Assembly (NCBI GenBank): GCA_024704765.1
Contig: JAKMXF010000166.1
Location: 369,818-397,739 of the forward strand
Reading direction: 5' to 3'
Origin: Oopsacas minuta
Lineage: Eukaryota; Animalia; Porifera
Length of the DNA stretch: 27,922 nt
Below, piece by piece: positions 1 to 9,448 of the stretch. Each line of letters starts with the position of its first letter. Position 1 is the stretch's first letter. The notes beneath the pieces were generated by a model that saw only the letters and a list, made by a program, of their open reading frames with translations, made no database searches and was not told the DNA's origin. The translations under genes were made by a program, and so were the position numbers.

Positions 1-2
1 GT

Positions 3-1265
3 AAAGACAACACAGAGTCTCTGTTGTGTATTGAGAAAGATGGGAATAGTTTGGGCTACAAGCCTGATCTCCTGAAGGAAGAGATTCCTTCATTCTTGAG
101 AACTTTAGTTATCTGCAGTAAGTGTGAGGGATTAACACGAGGTGCTTGTGGAATAGGTTCTCCTCAGACATTCGTATGCTTGGTATGTGCAGAAGGAAAT
201 CCATACAATGTTTTGATAACAAACAGAGAGATAGTAAGTAGTTTGATTATTTTCTGTCCCTTGAAGTCACGTGGATGTGACTGGGAAGATGTCATTTCAT
301 CAGCAGAGACTCATCTAGACACATGTGAGTATTTTCACAAAGAATGTCACCTGTCATGTGGAGCTGTCATCAAGAGGATCCACATGAATACACACATCAC
401 TCAACAATGTACCAATCGAATTCTTGAATGTGAATTCTGTACAGAATCTCACCGAGCTGGTGAACTCACTCTCCATTTAGAAGTGTGTACAAATTTCCCG
501 TTACAGTGTGTGAATAAGTGTGGAGAAACAATACTGAGACAAGACATGCAGTCTCACATAGAAGATATGTGTTCTAATACTTTGTTAGAATGTGATTACA
601 AGAAGTATGGGTGTTGTGAGAGAGTATATAGAAACCATTTAGATACTCACAATAATGACAACAGACTGCTACATATGGAAATGAAAATTGATTTATTCGA
701 CTCTCAAATCCAAGATCCTGACATTTTGAAGCAAGAAGTGAAATTTCTGACTGAAAAAGTCAACATTGTTAAATCAAGGGCAATGTCTTTGCTACGATAT
801 ATCAACACGGAAGGGGAAATTGCAAAAAATAATATTCTTGATCCTGCGATTTTGTTTAAGATTGATTTGTGTGATTGCAATTTTACGGAAACATTAGTTT
901 GTTGCGTTCATAATAATTCAGAAATTTCTCATGATATAATTTTCAAGATAAAATGTCGTGGTGGTTATTCCTCAGGGCTGGAAATTATTTCTTTGCTATC
1001 TTCCTCTACTAATTTCACTGATTTTATTTTCCACACTTTTCTCTGTTTAATGAATCTCCAGGAAGAAACTCCTTTCGCTGTTTACGAAAACACGTTTGTT
1101 GTTGCTGACAGAAGACAAGAAACTAGTAGCTTTAATTCTCACAAAAATGAACATGAACATGAACGTATTTTAGGTGAGATTCCTTCTCAAACTTTCTCAA
1201 ATCCTGCAGTATGTACCAACAAAAGGGTTGTTCTGTTCAAGTTATTTTACAGAGTAACCTTGTGA
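3..1265 (+). CDS. TRAF-like zinc-finger protein, 5'-partial (degenerate RING-like region, about 5 TRAF-type Zn fingers, coiled coil, divergent C-terminal domain)
   Basis: Frame is open to the window edge (KDNTESLLCIEK..), so the TTG start at 24 is not the real start. TRAF/Siah-type fingers: CPLKSRGCDW..HLDTC, CHLSC..HITQQC, CEFC..HLEVC, CVNKC..HIEDMC, CDYKKYGC..H. Confidence 0.85.
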   Translation, partial: KDNTESLLCIEKDGNSLGYKPDLLKEEIPSFLRTLVICSKCEGLTRGACGIGSPQTFVCLVCAEGNPYNVLITNREIVSSLIIFCPLKSRGCDWEDVISSAETHLDTCEYFHKECHLSCGAVIKRIHMNTHITQQCTNRILECEFCTESHRAGELTLHLEVCTNFPLQCVNKCGETILRQDMQSHIEDMCSNTLLECDYKKYGCCERVYRNHLDTHNNDNRLLHMEMKIDLFDSQIQDPDILKQEVKFLTEKVNIVKSRAMSLLRYINTEGEIAKNNILDPAILFKIDLCDCNFTETLVCCVHNNSEISHDIIFKIKCRGGYSSGLEIISLLSSSTNFTDFIFHTFLCLMNLQEETPFAVYENTFVVADRRQETSSFNSHKNEHEHERILGEIPSQTFSNPAVCTNKRVVLFKLFYRVTL

Positions 1266-2079
1266 AAACAAGGTTACCTAATTATATCATTTTATTGTTG
1301 GTATCTTTTCGATGAGCTACAGTAGACCTTAGTCAACACGCACTCCATGTCGCGTGAACATTGCCGGCGTAACCTAAAGTCGCCAGTGGGTTTCCATGAT
1401 AATGGACAGTGGGTATTAAACAACCCTTACCATAGAGGGTAATGCAAAGGTATTTCTTAGCAGTGGGTGTCGGGGCACTCAGGACACACAAGGTGCCGCA
1501 GGCCTTAGTAGGTATATTTTTATTCTGAGTAGTGAGTAGTATCAACTGAAGTATTTTAAGTAGTTTACATTCGTTTACAAATATCTATCTGTAATGCAAA
1601 CTAATGGTAAATCAATTTTGAAAGAATCAAATTCAATATACTAACGTAATGTAATTAGGTTCAGTGTAGCTTGATTTGGGGAAAGTTATATTGAATTATA
1701 ATTGTACGTATTTATGGTTTACAAATTACAATTTTGGAGACTCAGAGTTCAAAATATTTCTGAAAATACGTATATGGAAATTATACTTCACTGGTAAATA
1801 CCATTACATACAAATGAAGATATTCATATTCAGCCTGGTTATCGCGATTTTTCTGGATAGAGCCATAGAGTTATAGAGTAGAAAGTAGAAACCGGATATT
1901 TTATACTTTCTTTTCACGTACTATTTGTTAATCATATCCGATTTTTACCAAATGCTGCTATGACCAGCATTTGCAACAAAAAGTTTTACAACCATATTTC
2001 AATTTTCTACTATTTTGTGCGATTATGTAAATATAGATTGGTTGATGACCAGCATTCGGAAAGTAGAACTTGTTATCTA

Positions 2080-2160
2080 CAGTTAACTCTTGTTATAACG
2101 AAGTGCTCTTGACCTCGGTTTCATTTCGTTATTTACTCGATATTTTGTTGGAAGCGGAGA
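2080..2160. mobile_element. Left-end fragment of a pogo/Tigger-type MITE
   Basis: TA|CAGTTAACTCTTGTTATAACGAAGTGC matches the left end of the 12378 element (TA|CAGTAGACTTTCGTTATAACGAAGTGC). No right end found; the end coordinate is approximate. Confidence 0.5.
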
Positions 2161-2186
2161 AAAACAGATAGTTTCAGGATATAGGG

Positions 2187-2477
2187 CAGTGGTTCTCAAT
2201 CAAAGGTTTATCTAGGTGCTTGGCGGGCACCAAAAGTGCTGTTCAGCAGCCATAACGAACACAAAATGTCGCCGTGAGACTCAAATTCTATAGGATCAAT
2301 ATGTTGCCGTCCAAAACAGTGCCATCCCAGGAGAGTTCCTGCAAGAAATTTCCTCGGTAAATCCCAGTTCACAACTTGGCGTCAGCGACCCTATGGCTTT
2401 GTGCCCCTAAAACCTTTTACATTACGTTTAATGGCAGGGGTCCGCATCGCGCGGGTGGAAAAGGTTGAGAAGCACTG
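2187..2477. mobile_element. hAT (Charlie/MER5-like) MITE
   Basis: TIRs CAGTGGTTCTCAA / TTGAGAAGCACTG (12/13 match). The 8-bp TSD is not clean (ATATAGGG vs ATAGAGAA). Confidence 0.7.
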
Positions 2478-2724
2478 ATAGAGAATCACTTCATTATGAT
2501 GGGAGTTTACTGTATGTAGTGGTTCAGAGTCTATTAGTATATTAAACAAGCTGACGTTGACATTATCATAAGGGGAAATCTGTCGTTAGAAATTCTCGTT
2601 TAGTAGTGCACTTAGGGTGCTGGAAGAGGCTTGAGGGGTGCACCCAAATCAAATGTAAAACTTAAATAGTGAGCACAATTGAATCATGAAAAATTTTTGA
2701 ACTAAAATAAACAAAACTTGTATA

Positions 2725-3083
2725 TATGTATAGAATTAACCCGATCTGTGGGGGTGTAAACTAGCACTCAAAATTATCGTTATCACCACCACCACCATTA
2801 TACTCATAACCAATAGAAGAAAATGTTTTTCGTAGACTTCATAGATGGATATAGAACAAATTTCTCTCAAAGAGCCACCCTCTATCGACGGTTACAAAAC
2901 TATTTTGTTTATGAGCGTTTCGAGGAGATTTTCTAATTCTTTACTAGAATGTTTGACATAACTTCTGTCATATTTGATCAATTTGTGAGTAGATATTTTT
3001 TGAAATTATTGATTGTAATCGTAATAGCTTGAAAGTTATGGATAGTAACCGAAATTAGCTGAGAGCAAGCGAAGCGGCTTGTT
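2725..3083 (-). mobile_element. Helentron/DINE-like non-autonomous element (family A 5' end; far end approximate)
   Basis: Minus strand begins TT|AACAAGCCGCTTCGCTTGCTC and shares 15 identical nt with the element at 4635-4649. Confidence 0.45.
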
Positions 3084-3343
3084 AATATTATTTCTAAATT
3101 CTTCTAATCGAGATTATTCCTGCTGAGAAATCAAAATCTCCAGGGGACACTTTTCTTGGTACTTTTCTGTAAATGGTGACATTTACATATAATATATATT
3201 CAATCATCAATATCCTGTTGGGAAAAATTATCACAATCTAATAATAATTGTTCACTTTCACCATTGTCATATCTACTATATAGGATCTCATTCATTATAA
3301 ATCAGAACACACTTGAATTATTATCATTAATAAAGTTTTATCA

Positions 3344-4489
3344 ATGTTTTTCTTACTAATACTTTATACGATCTTAATTGTTTTCTTCAGCATTGTAAGT
3401 ATTTATTGGACATGTACTTTGATAGGTAAAATATATCTCTCAAAAAGGTATATGAAAAGTGCTGCTAGAAATATGACAGATAATGAATCAGGTTATACTT
3501 GTGAGCAATACTACTATCATTACCAAACTGAAATAAGTAAGTGTATATTTTTACTTATGATTAACTTCGTGGAGGTTTTGAGTGCTGTATCCTTTTACGT
3601 ACTATTTGTATTGCGAACATACAAGTATGATCCAACTCATATAACAAATAGTAGTGTAGAAATATACATAGAAAATTGTGCAAATCTCAATAACACAATC
3701 CTGAGAGACAATCAACTTGAAATATCTGCGTTTCCACTATTAACTATCGCCGAGGCATTCGGGAATGTAGCTGATATGTTTGTTGCTGGATTGGGAGTTT
3801 GTTTGATGAGCTACTTGTTAAAGAGAATGAAGAAAGAATGCTACTTACCGAACAATATAAACATTAAGAAATTCATCATCATCTTACTGATAGTAAGCTT
3901 TATCATCATATTAACTTCGTATTTCACATCCTTCATAATCTTAAGTGAATTGATATTTCTACCCTTCTTAACCATAAATTTAATATTATTCATAAGATAT
4001 GTGAAGAAATTTAGACAAGCTCTCTTACAGATAGCATTTGAGCGTCTCGCACAACATGGATCAAATAATATGGAAATGAAACAATGCAGATACTTCACAT
4101 ACACTAGCTACTGTATTTGTGCTGCGTTTTCTTTGATTACTATAGGTACTTATGATCATACTTTCAAAAATATCATACTGTCAGGGTTATTCTTCGGACA
4201 GTGTTACTTTCCATATAATATTATTTTCAACTCGAAGATAAAGCTTCCATTTACAGATCACGCCATGGAGAACATTGTACTCACTATAAGTTACAATGGT
4301 ATTATTTGCAAAATTGCTACAGTTGGTGGAATTATCACACTTATTTCTCCAATTCTATTCGTAACTTTCTACACTTGGATTATTGTTATATACAGAAAGA
4401 TGAAAAAGAAATATAGTCCGCAATACAGATACCATGTGTGCAGTAGATTTGAAAAATCTTTATTAACAGAACCCCTTTGGAACCAATAA
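3344..4489 (+). CDS. Intronless orphan multi-pass membrane protein (about 7 hydrophobic segments, GPCR-like topology)
   Basis: 381-aa ATG ORF with about seven long hydrophobic stretches and a basic C-tail (YRKMKKKY). No recognisable family motif. Confidence 0.75.
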   Translation: MFFLLILYTILIVFFSIVSIYWTCTLIGKIYLSKRYMKSAARNMTDNESGYTCEQYYYHYQTEISKCIFLLMINFVEVLSAVSFYVLFVLRTYKYDPTHITNSSVEIYIENCANLNNTILRDNQLEISAFPLLTIAEAFGNVADMFVAGLGVCLMSYLLKRMKKECYLPNNINIKKFIIILLIVSFIIILTSYFTSFIILSELIFLPFLTINLILFIRYVKKFRQALLQIAFERLAQHGSNNMEMKQCRYFTYTSYCICAAFSLITIGTYDHTFKNIILSGLFFGQCYFPYNIIFNSKIKLPFTDHAMENIVLTISYNGIICKIATVGGIITLISPILFVTFYTWIIVIYRKMKKKYSPQYRYHVCSRFEKSLLTEPLWNQ

Positions 4490-4626
4490 TCTGAACTTAT
4501 TTATATCATATTATTCATATCTTGTGTAGATAATTGTGTGCTAATTGCTAAATCATTGAATTTTAGTAATTTTACAAAAATACCCAGCCTACAGACTGAA
4601 AGTGCAGCTGAGGCATCTGAGTCTTA

Positions 4627-4956
4627 TACAATTACCGCTTCGCTTGCTCGCGCTGCGGGGCCTGTTCGCATGGGACTCGGTACTTCGTGCCTCGAATTTA
4701 GCAAAGTATAAAATTGCAAAATTCAATTAATAAATTAATATTTCAACTGTGTTTGTTTACTTTATATTCATGAAAACAACAATTTTGCATATTATTCATA
4801 TTCGAGTTTTATCGAATATGTTTACTTTCTTGATAAACACGATAAATACATAGTTATGCGACAATGAGAAATTTGAATTCAATACAACATTGTACGAATC
4901 CTTTCCTTGACAACGGACAAACAGGCAGACAAAAATAGCAATTTACTAATATAGAT
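4627..4956 (+). mobile_element. Helentron/DINE-like non-autonomous element, family A copy 1
   Basis: GC-rich 5' hairpins. The 31-nt block TTGATAAACACGATAAATACATAGTTATGCG (4830-4860) is identical at 9128-9158 and 13337-13367. Ends ..ACGGACAAACAGGCAGAC..TAATATAGAT. Confidence 0.65.
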
Positions 4957-5033
4957 TTATTTCTGCCACATAATGATTAATCGTAAAAGGTTGAAAATAT
5001 GATTAATCATATGATAAATGATAAAGATATATA

Positions 5034-5383
5034 CAGTGGAACCTCCGTAATCCGGAATTTCCCGAAACCAACATTATTTCTGTTCACTGATCTTTTTTGT
5101 ATAGAAAACAACCTCAATAATCCGTAATAACCTCGCTATTCCGGAATCCGACAATATACTGATAATGGAGTAATGTAAATTTGACCTACCCAATCCGACA
5201 TATTTTTTTTCAGAAAATGTCGGATTATGGAGGTTGTTTTACCACCATAATCCGACATTATGTTGAATCTAGCATACTGCTAGTAGCATATTACCCAATC
5301 ATTAGCCTTGCATTAACTTTTAAGCCTCTGTAATCCCACATTTTTTGTTTTCCATTGACGGTCGGATTATCGAGGTTCCACTG
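5034..5383. mobile_element. pogo/Tigger-type MITE, 350 bp, TA TSD
   Basis: TA|CAGTGGAACCTCCGTAATCCG ... CGGATTATCGAGGTTCCACTG|TA (21-nt TIR, 2 mismatches); internal ATCCG(ACA) repeats. Confidence 0.9.
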
Positions 5384-5386
5384 TAT

Positions 5387-5599
5387 TTTGAAAACGTCAA
5401 AATTGGAATCTCCATGCTGCTCTTTGTGCCTAGCAAAAATTCATACCCGAAATGCAAATCTTCAACCCAAAATGTCTATGTCTTCCAATTTTCATGTTAA
5501 TTGGACTGCTAGATTTCGAGCGGACATACAGACGGAAGTACGGACATCGCACATCGTCCATGACATTAGGGCATCTCCCTATAGGAGGTGCACTAAAAA
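5387..5599 (+). mobile_element. Helentron-like 3' fragment, family B copy 1
   Basis: Similar to 22791-23033. Contains ACAGACGG-like repeats, then hairpin GCATCTCC-CTATA-GGAGGTGC (5571-5591) followed by ACTAAAAA. Confidence 0.55.
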
Positions 5600-6620
5600 C
5601 AGGGCTACTATTTACGAAATGATATCGAAAACCCTGAATGACAGCAATATATCACAATATACCACATGTAACATGTCCTGCTGCAACAATGGAACCCAGT
5701 TTCATCTCAAAAAAAGAAAACCCACTTTATTTATTTTCACCCTCTGGTTGTCACTCTTTAAACCTTTGTGGAGTTGATTCTGGATGTGCTTTACAATTAA
5801 GCTGTAACATTTTGGCATCATACAAATATTTATAATTGTTATTCAAGCAGTCCACGAAGATGTAGGATTAATACAAGGTCATATTGGTGCATCACTGCAT
5901 GGACTTTCCAAAACATTTGGACAGCTCGAGTAGCTAGCTTTTGACCATTTGCTAATAATATATCAGGATCAGAGAAGCCCTCGAAGTTTTTGTAGGGTTT
6001 TATTTACGGGGCCCCCCATTTATGTAATTGTTTGCCTTCAATTTGGGGGTACCCACAAATACAACACTTTAAATTCCTATTTGGGGTACCGCCCATTTTC
6101 CCCGAGGACACTATTTGAATGGGGGTACCCCCAAACTTACTACCTGGATCGAAGTTGATGAATGAGAGTAAAAAAGTTCTGTTTTGGGCCGTTGTGAAAT
6201 TTTGTCTAAATTGAGGGAAAAATCTAATGCAATTATATACTTTAGTAATTAAACTTTTCAGATCGAATGTACATATTTCATTTGTTTCTCAGTAAGTCAG
6301 TGAATTCTATAAACCCCTTACTGCTTAGTCTACTTCAAATGTAATACCCGTATTATGTTATTTATATATTCCTGGCATGGGGTAATTAGTAGCGTAGGCA
6401 GGTCTTTGTTTACGGTGGTGCGAGCAGTGTTGTATTGTGTTGAGCTACTATGTAATTATTGTCAAGTAACTGAAGAAAGAAAGAGATTAATTATTTCAAA
6501 GATTGAATTTATTAAATATTTCAGTACCATATTTCAAATATCAGCCTACATTAGTCTGTGTATATTTTCACACCTTACGCTCCTTTAATACTCTGATATT
6601 TTATTAGATTTTTCATACAT

Positions 6621-8237
6621 ATGATGAGCGATTCTCCCCAGCTGGATGAACACCCTCATCCAGATCAGAAGACCATCGATTCAATGCTCAGATCAGCTAA
6701 AGAACAGCTGATTGTGAGGCAGAAAGAGCTCAGCTTCTCTCTCCCAGTTCCTCCAGTTATTACGCCAGCACCACCCCCAATTCCTCCCCCTGTGATATCT
6801 CACCAAAAGATGCAGCAGATGATGGATCTACAAGCTCGAATCCAGAAGAGCCTGGCTGGATCTACTCTACTGTCTGGACTGATAAACGGAGGCGGCAATC
6901 TCCCTATTGTCCGTCCTCCCGTAGGAGGAGTTATAATGAATGAACAGGGGAGAACAGTTACTGTAGAGGGAAAAGCAATTGAACTGACACCAAACCAACC
7001 AACTCTGAAGGCTAATATCGTAAACAAACAGAGAACACAATTCAAACAGCCAACTCCTGGAGATAAACCCTCTCAACCAGAATCAATCCCTGAGTCTACT
7101 CGCTTCCAGGACGCTAGACTTAGAATCAGAAACACTCAGAGAATGCCGAGGAAATTCCATTTTAATGAGAAAGGCAAATATATTAGGATAGCTAATCGTC
7201 AGAGAGCTAAAGTAAAGTTAGAAGAGTTACGATTGAAAGTAGCTGAATCCAGTAAGAAAACAGGAATATATTTCTCATCAAAACTAGCTTTAGTAGTGAG
7301 TTCTAAGGACAAAGGAGACCCTACATCAGTACCGGATATAGAGTGGTGGGATGCGGAGTTAGTTGATAGTTATGACGTGCTAGTTCATCCTACTTCGTTA
7401 GAGACTAAGTTCCCTTATGTATCCTCCCTGATTGAGCACCCCATACAGGTAGATGCTCCAAATAAACCAAAGAATGTTCCTCTAGTACCTGTCATGCTGA
7501 CTACCCGTGAGAGGAAGAAGTTGAAACGTCAGATTAAGAAAGAGAAGGAACAGGAGAGAATGGAGAAGATACAGTTCGGACTCCTACCTAAGCCGGAGCC
7601 TAAAGTTAGGATATCAAACTTGATGCGTGTACTGGGTAACGAAGCTGTAGCAGACCCAACTAAGATGGAGGCTCACGTCAGAGCTCAGATGGCGCAGAGA
7701 CAACGGGCTCATGAAGCTACGAATGAAGCACGGAAACTTAGACCTGATCAGCGAATAGCTAAGAAAGCAAGGAAGTATGAAGAAGACCTGACTAATGGTG
7801 CTCAGATAGCTGTGTTCCGAATTCTATCACTTACTAATCCAGCTCATAAATTTAAAGTGGAAGCTTCAGCAGAGAAATTCCAATTCTCAGGCTGTCTGCT
7901 TTTATTCAGAGACTTCTCACTTGTGGTTGTAGAAGGCGGTCCTAAAGGTATACGCAAGTATAAACACCTGTTACTTAATCGTATTAAATGGTCAGGGAAT
8001 AGAGTGGAGCCTGGCTCAGATGATGAGAGTACACCTGCAGTAGTGAATGCTGCAGCTAGCACACACTGTAGTGTCATATGGGAGGGTAAGAATGCATTTG
8101 CCTCATTCAATGGTTGGACTGTTAAAGTTTGTCCTAGCGAGACAGTAGCTAGAGAGTTCCTTAGACTTCGCAGTTGTGAACACTATTGGGACCTAGCTGT
8201 CAATCAGATGATTATCAATCAGGAAGAGGTCATTTGA
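6621..8237 (+). CDS. PRPF3: U4/U6 small nuclear ribonucleoprotein Prp3
   Basis: Clear PRPF3 motifs: PTLKANI, FHFNEKGKY, PDIEWWD, LIEHPIQ, LTTRERKKLKRQ, PKVRISNLMRVLGNEAVADPTKMEAHVRAQMAQRQRAHE, HKFKVEASA, VVVEGGPKGIRKYKHLLLNRIKW, C-terminal EHYWDLA. The true 5' end is uncertain. Confidence 0.97.
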   Translation: MMSDSPQLDEHPHPDQKTIDSMLRSAKEQLIVRQKELSFSLPVPPVITPAPPPIPPPVISHQKMQQMMDLQARIQKSLAGSTLLSGLINGGGNLPIVRPPVGGVIMNEQGRTVTVEGKAIELTPNQPTLKANIVNKQRTQFKQPTPGDKPSQPESIPESTRFQDARLRIRNTQRMPRKFHFNEKGKYIRIANRQRAKVKLEELRLKVAESSKKTGIYFSSKLALVVSSKDKGDPTSVPDIEWWDAELVDSYDVLVHPTSLETKFPYVSSLIEHPIQVDAPNKPKNVPLVPVMLTTRERKKLKRQIKKEKEQERMEKIQFGLLPKPEPKVRISNLMRVLGNEAVADPTKMEAHVRAQMAQRQRAHEATNEARKLRPDQRIAKKARKYEEDLTNGAQIAVFRILSLTNPAHKFKVEASAEKFQFSGCLLLFRDFSLVVVEGGPKGIRKYKHLLLNRIKWSGNRVEPGSDDESTPAVVNAAASTHCSVIWEGKNAFASFNGWTVKVCPSETVAREFLRLRSCEHYWDLAVNQMIINQEEVI

Positions 8238-8511
8238 GTGATGTCATGATGATTAGTTGTATTCTGATGTGATTTAATTATGTCAACTTATTTTCTCAGT
8301 TGATGGATTCAAGACTGAAGACATGCATTATTAAACTTAATTATTGAATGAGCTACACTTTTGAAGTTGTAAGCTGTAATTTAACCCTCCTACTGTTATA
8401 GCTGAACCTGTCATGCATCAATAATTCCTTAAATTCACTTGAGACTTTTAAAACTGAATACATGTTTTGGAAATATTTATCCATCTCTTGAAGAGAAATG
8501 CGTCTTCTCTC

Positions 8512-8590
8512 CAAGGTTGCAACCGAATATTATTTGGCAAATAGTTCAATATTCGGTTGGTCCAAACCGAATAATATCAGTATTTGGTTA
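8512..8590. repeat. Cluster of ACCGAATA direct and inverted repeats (probable DNA-transposon subterminal remnant)
   Basis: CAACCGAATATT..AATATTCGGTTG forms a 12-bp inverted pair, with further AACCGAATA and TATTTGGTT copies. Confidence 0.35.
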
Positions 8591-8821
8591 GGTTACCATT
8601 CATTAACACTGATATTGGGTTCGATCGGTGACTCATAAATCGAGTTGACACTACCCAGTATGAGTTAGTTACGTAATCTGGTAGTTTATTGTGGGAAAGT
8701 AATATCATTCCACTAATTCTGCTGGTTTGCTATGTAATAGTTAATAATTATTTATTTGACGATTAATTTTAATTCATTAGTCACTTCATTGGGGATAATA
8801 ATTATTCAATTTTCAAATTAT

Positions 8822-9259
8822 ACGAGCCTTTGGCTCGTCGCTTCGCGATGACCTCGGCGCATTGCGCCTCGAGGTATTCAACGGACAAACAAACAGACAA
8901 AACAATTGAGATTTAATAATATTGATGTTGTTTACAATATTCGTACTCAGTATACTCGATTACCCAGTATAGTCGTTGAAAGTATGATTCTACCTCAATT
9001 TTGAAATTTGTTTACTTAATGTTCATAAAAACAACAATAAATTTACATATGATTAATCCAAAAGTGTGAAAATCTGATTCAGCATGTTCGGTATTATAGT
9101 GAAGTTTATTGAATTCTATTTACTTCTTTGATAAACACGATAAATACATAGTTATGCGGAAATTTCCAATGTGCATACCGTAAATCCTTTCCTTGACAAC
9201 GGACAAACAAACAAACAAACAAACAAACAAACAATCATTGAGATTTAATAATATAGAAT
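8822..9259 (+). mobile_element. Helentron/DINE-like non-autonomous element, family A copy 2, with (CAAA)7 microsatellite
   Basis: 5' ACGAGCCTTTGGCTCGTCGCTTCGCGATG is nearly identical to 13118; shared 3' module; (CAAA)n at 9204-9234; ends TAATAATATAGAAT. Confidence 0.7.
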
Positions 9260-9368
9260 TCATATAGTATATTTTCTCTCTTAATTAAGATCGAGTATAA
9301 TAATTTTACAATTCTTTCTAATTTCTGTAGTTAGTAGTCATTTAATTACCATGATCAATTGATCAATA

Positions 9369-9448
9369 CAGTGCAATCGCGATTATCAAAACATAATCCG
9401 AACGCTTTTGACCAGTCCTAACGAGTTCGGATAATCGAGGTTGTACTG
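9369..9448. mobile_element. 80-bp pogo/Tigger-type mini-MITE
   Basis: TA|CAGTGCAATCGCGATTATC ... GTTCGGATAATCGAGGTTGTACTG; the right end matches the right end at 23643-23666. Confidence 0.65.

Noticed and set aside
1880-2070. GAAAGTAGAA direct repeats around ATGACCAGCATT duplicates and a 9-bp stem (possible Mutator-like insertion)
   Set aside because: No TIRs between the repeats; cannot be distinguished from decayed local duplication.
5355-6158. ORFs 5355-5777, 5638-5835 and 5949-6158
   Set aside because: They run through MITE, Helentron or other repeat sequence and have no recognisable protein features.
6800-8110. Minus-strand ORFs 6800-7045, 6867-7076 and 7844-8110
   Set aside because: Antisense shadows of PRPF3 with no motif content.
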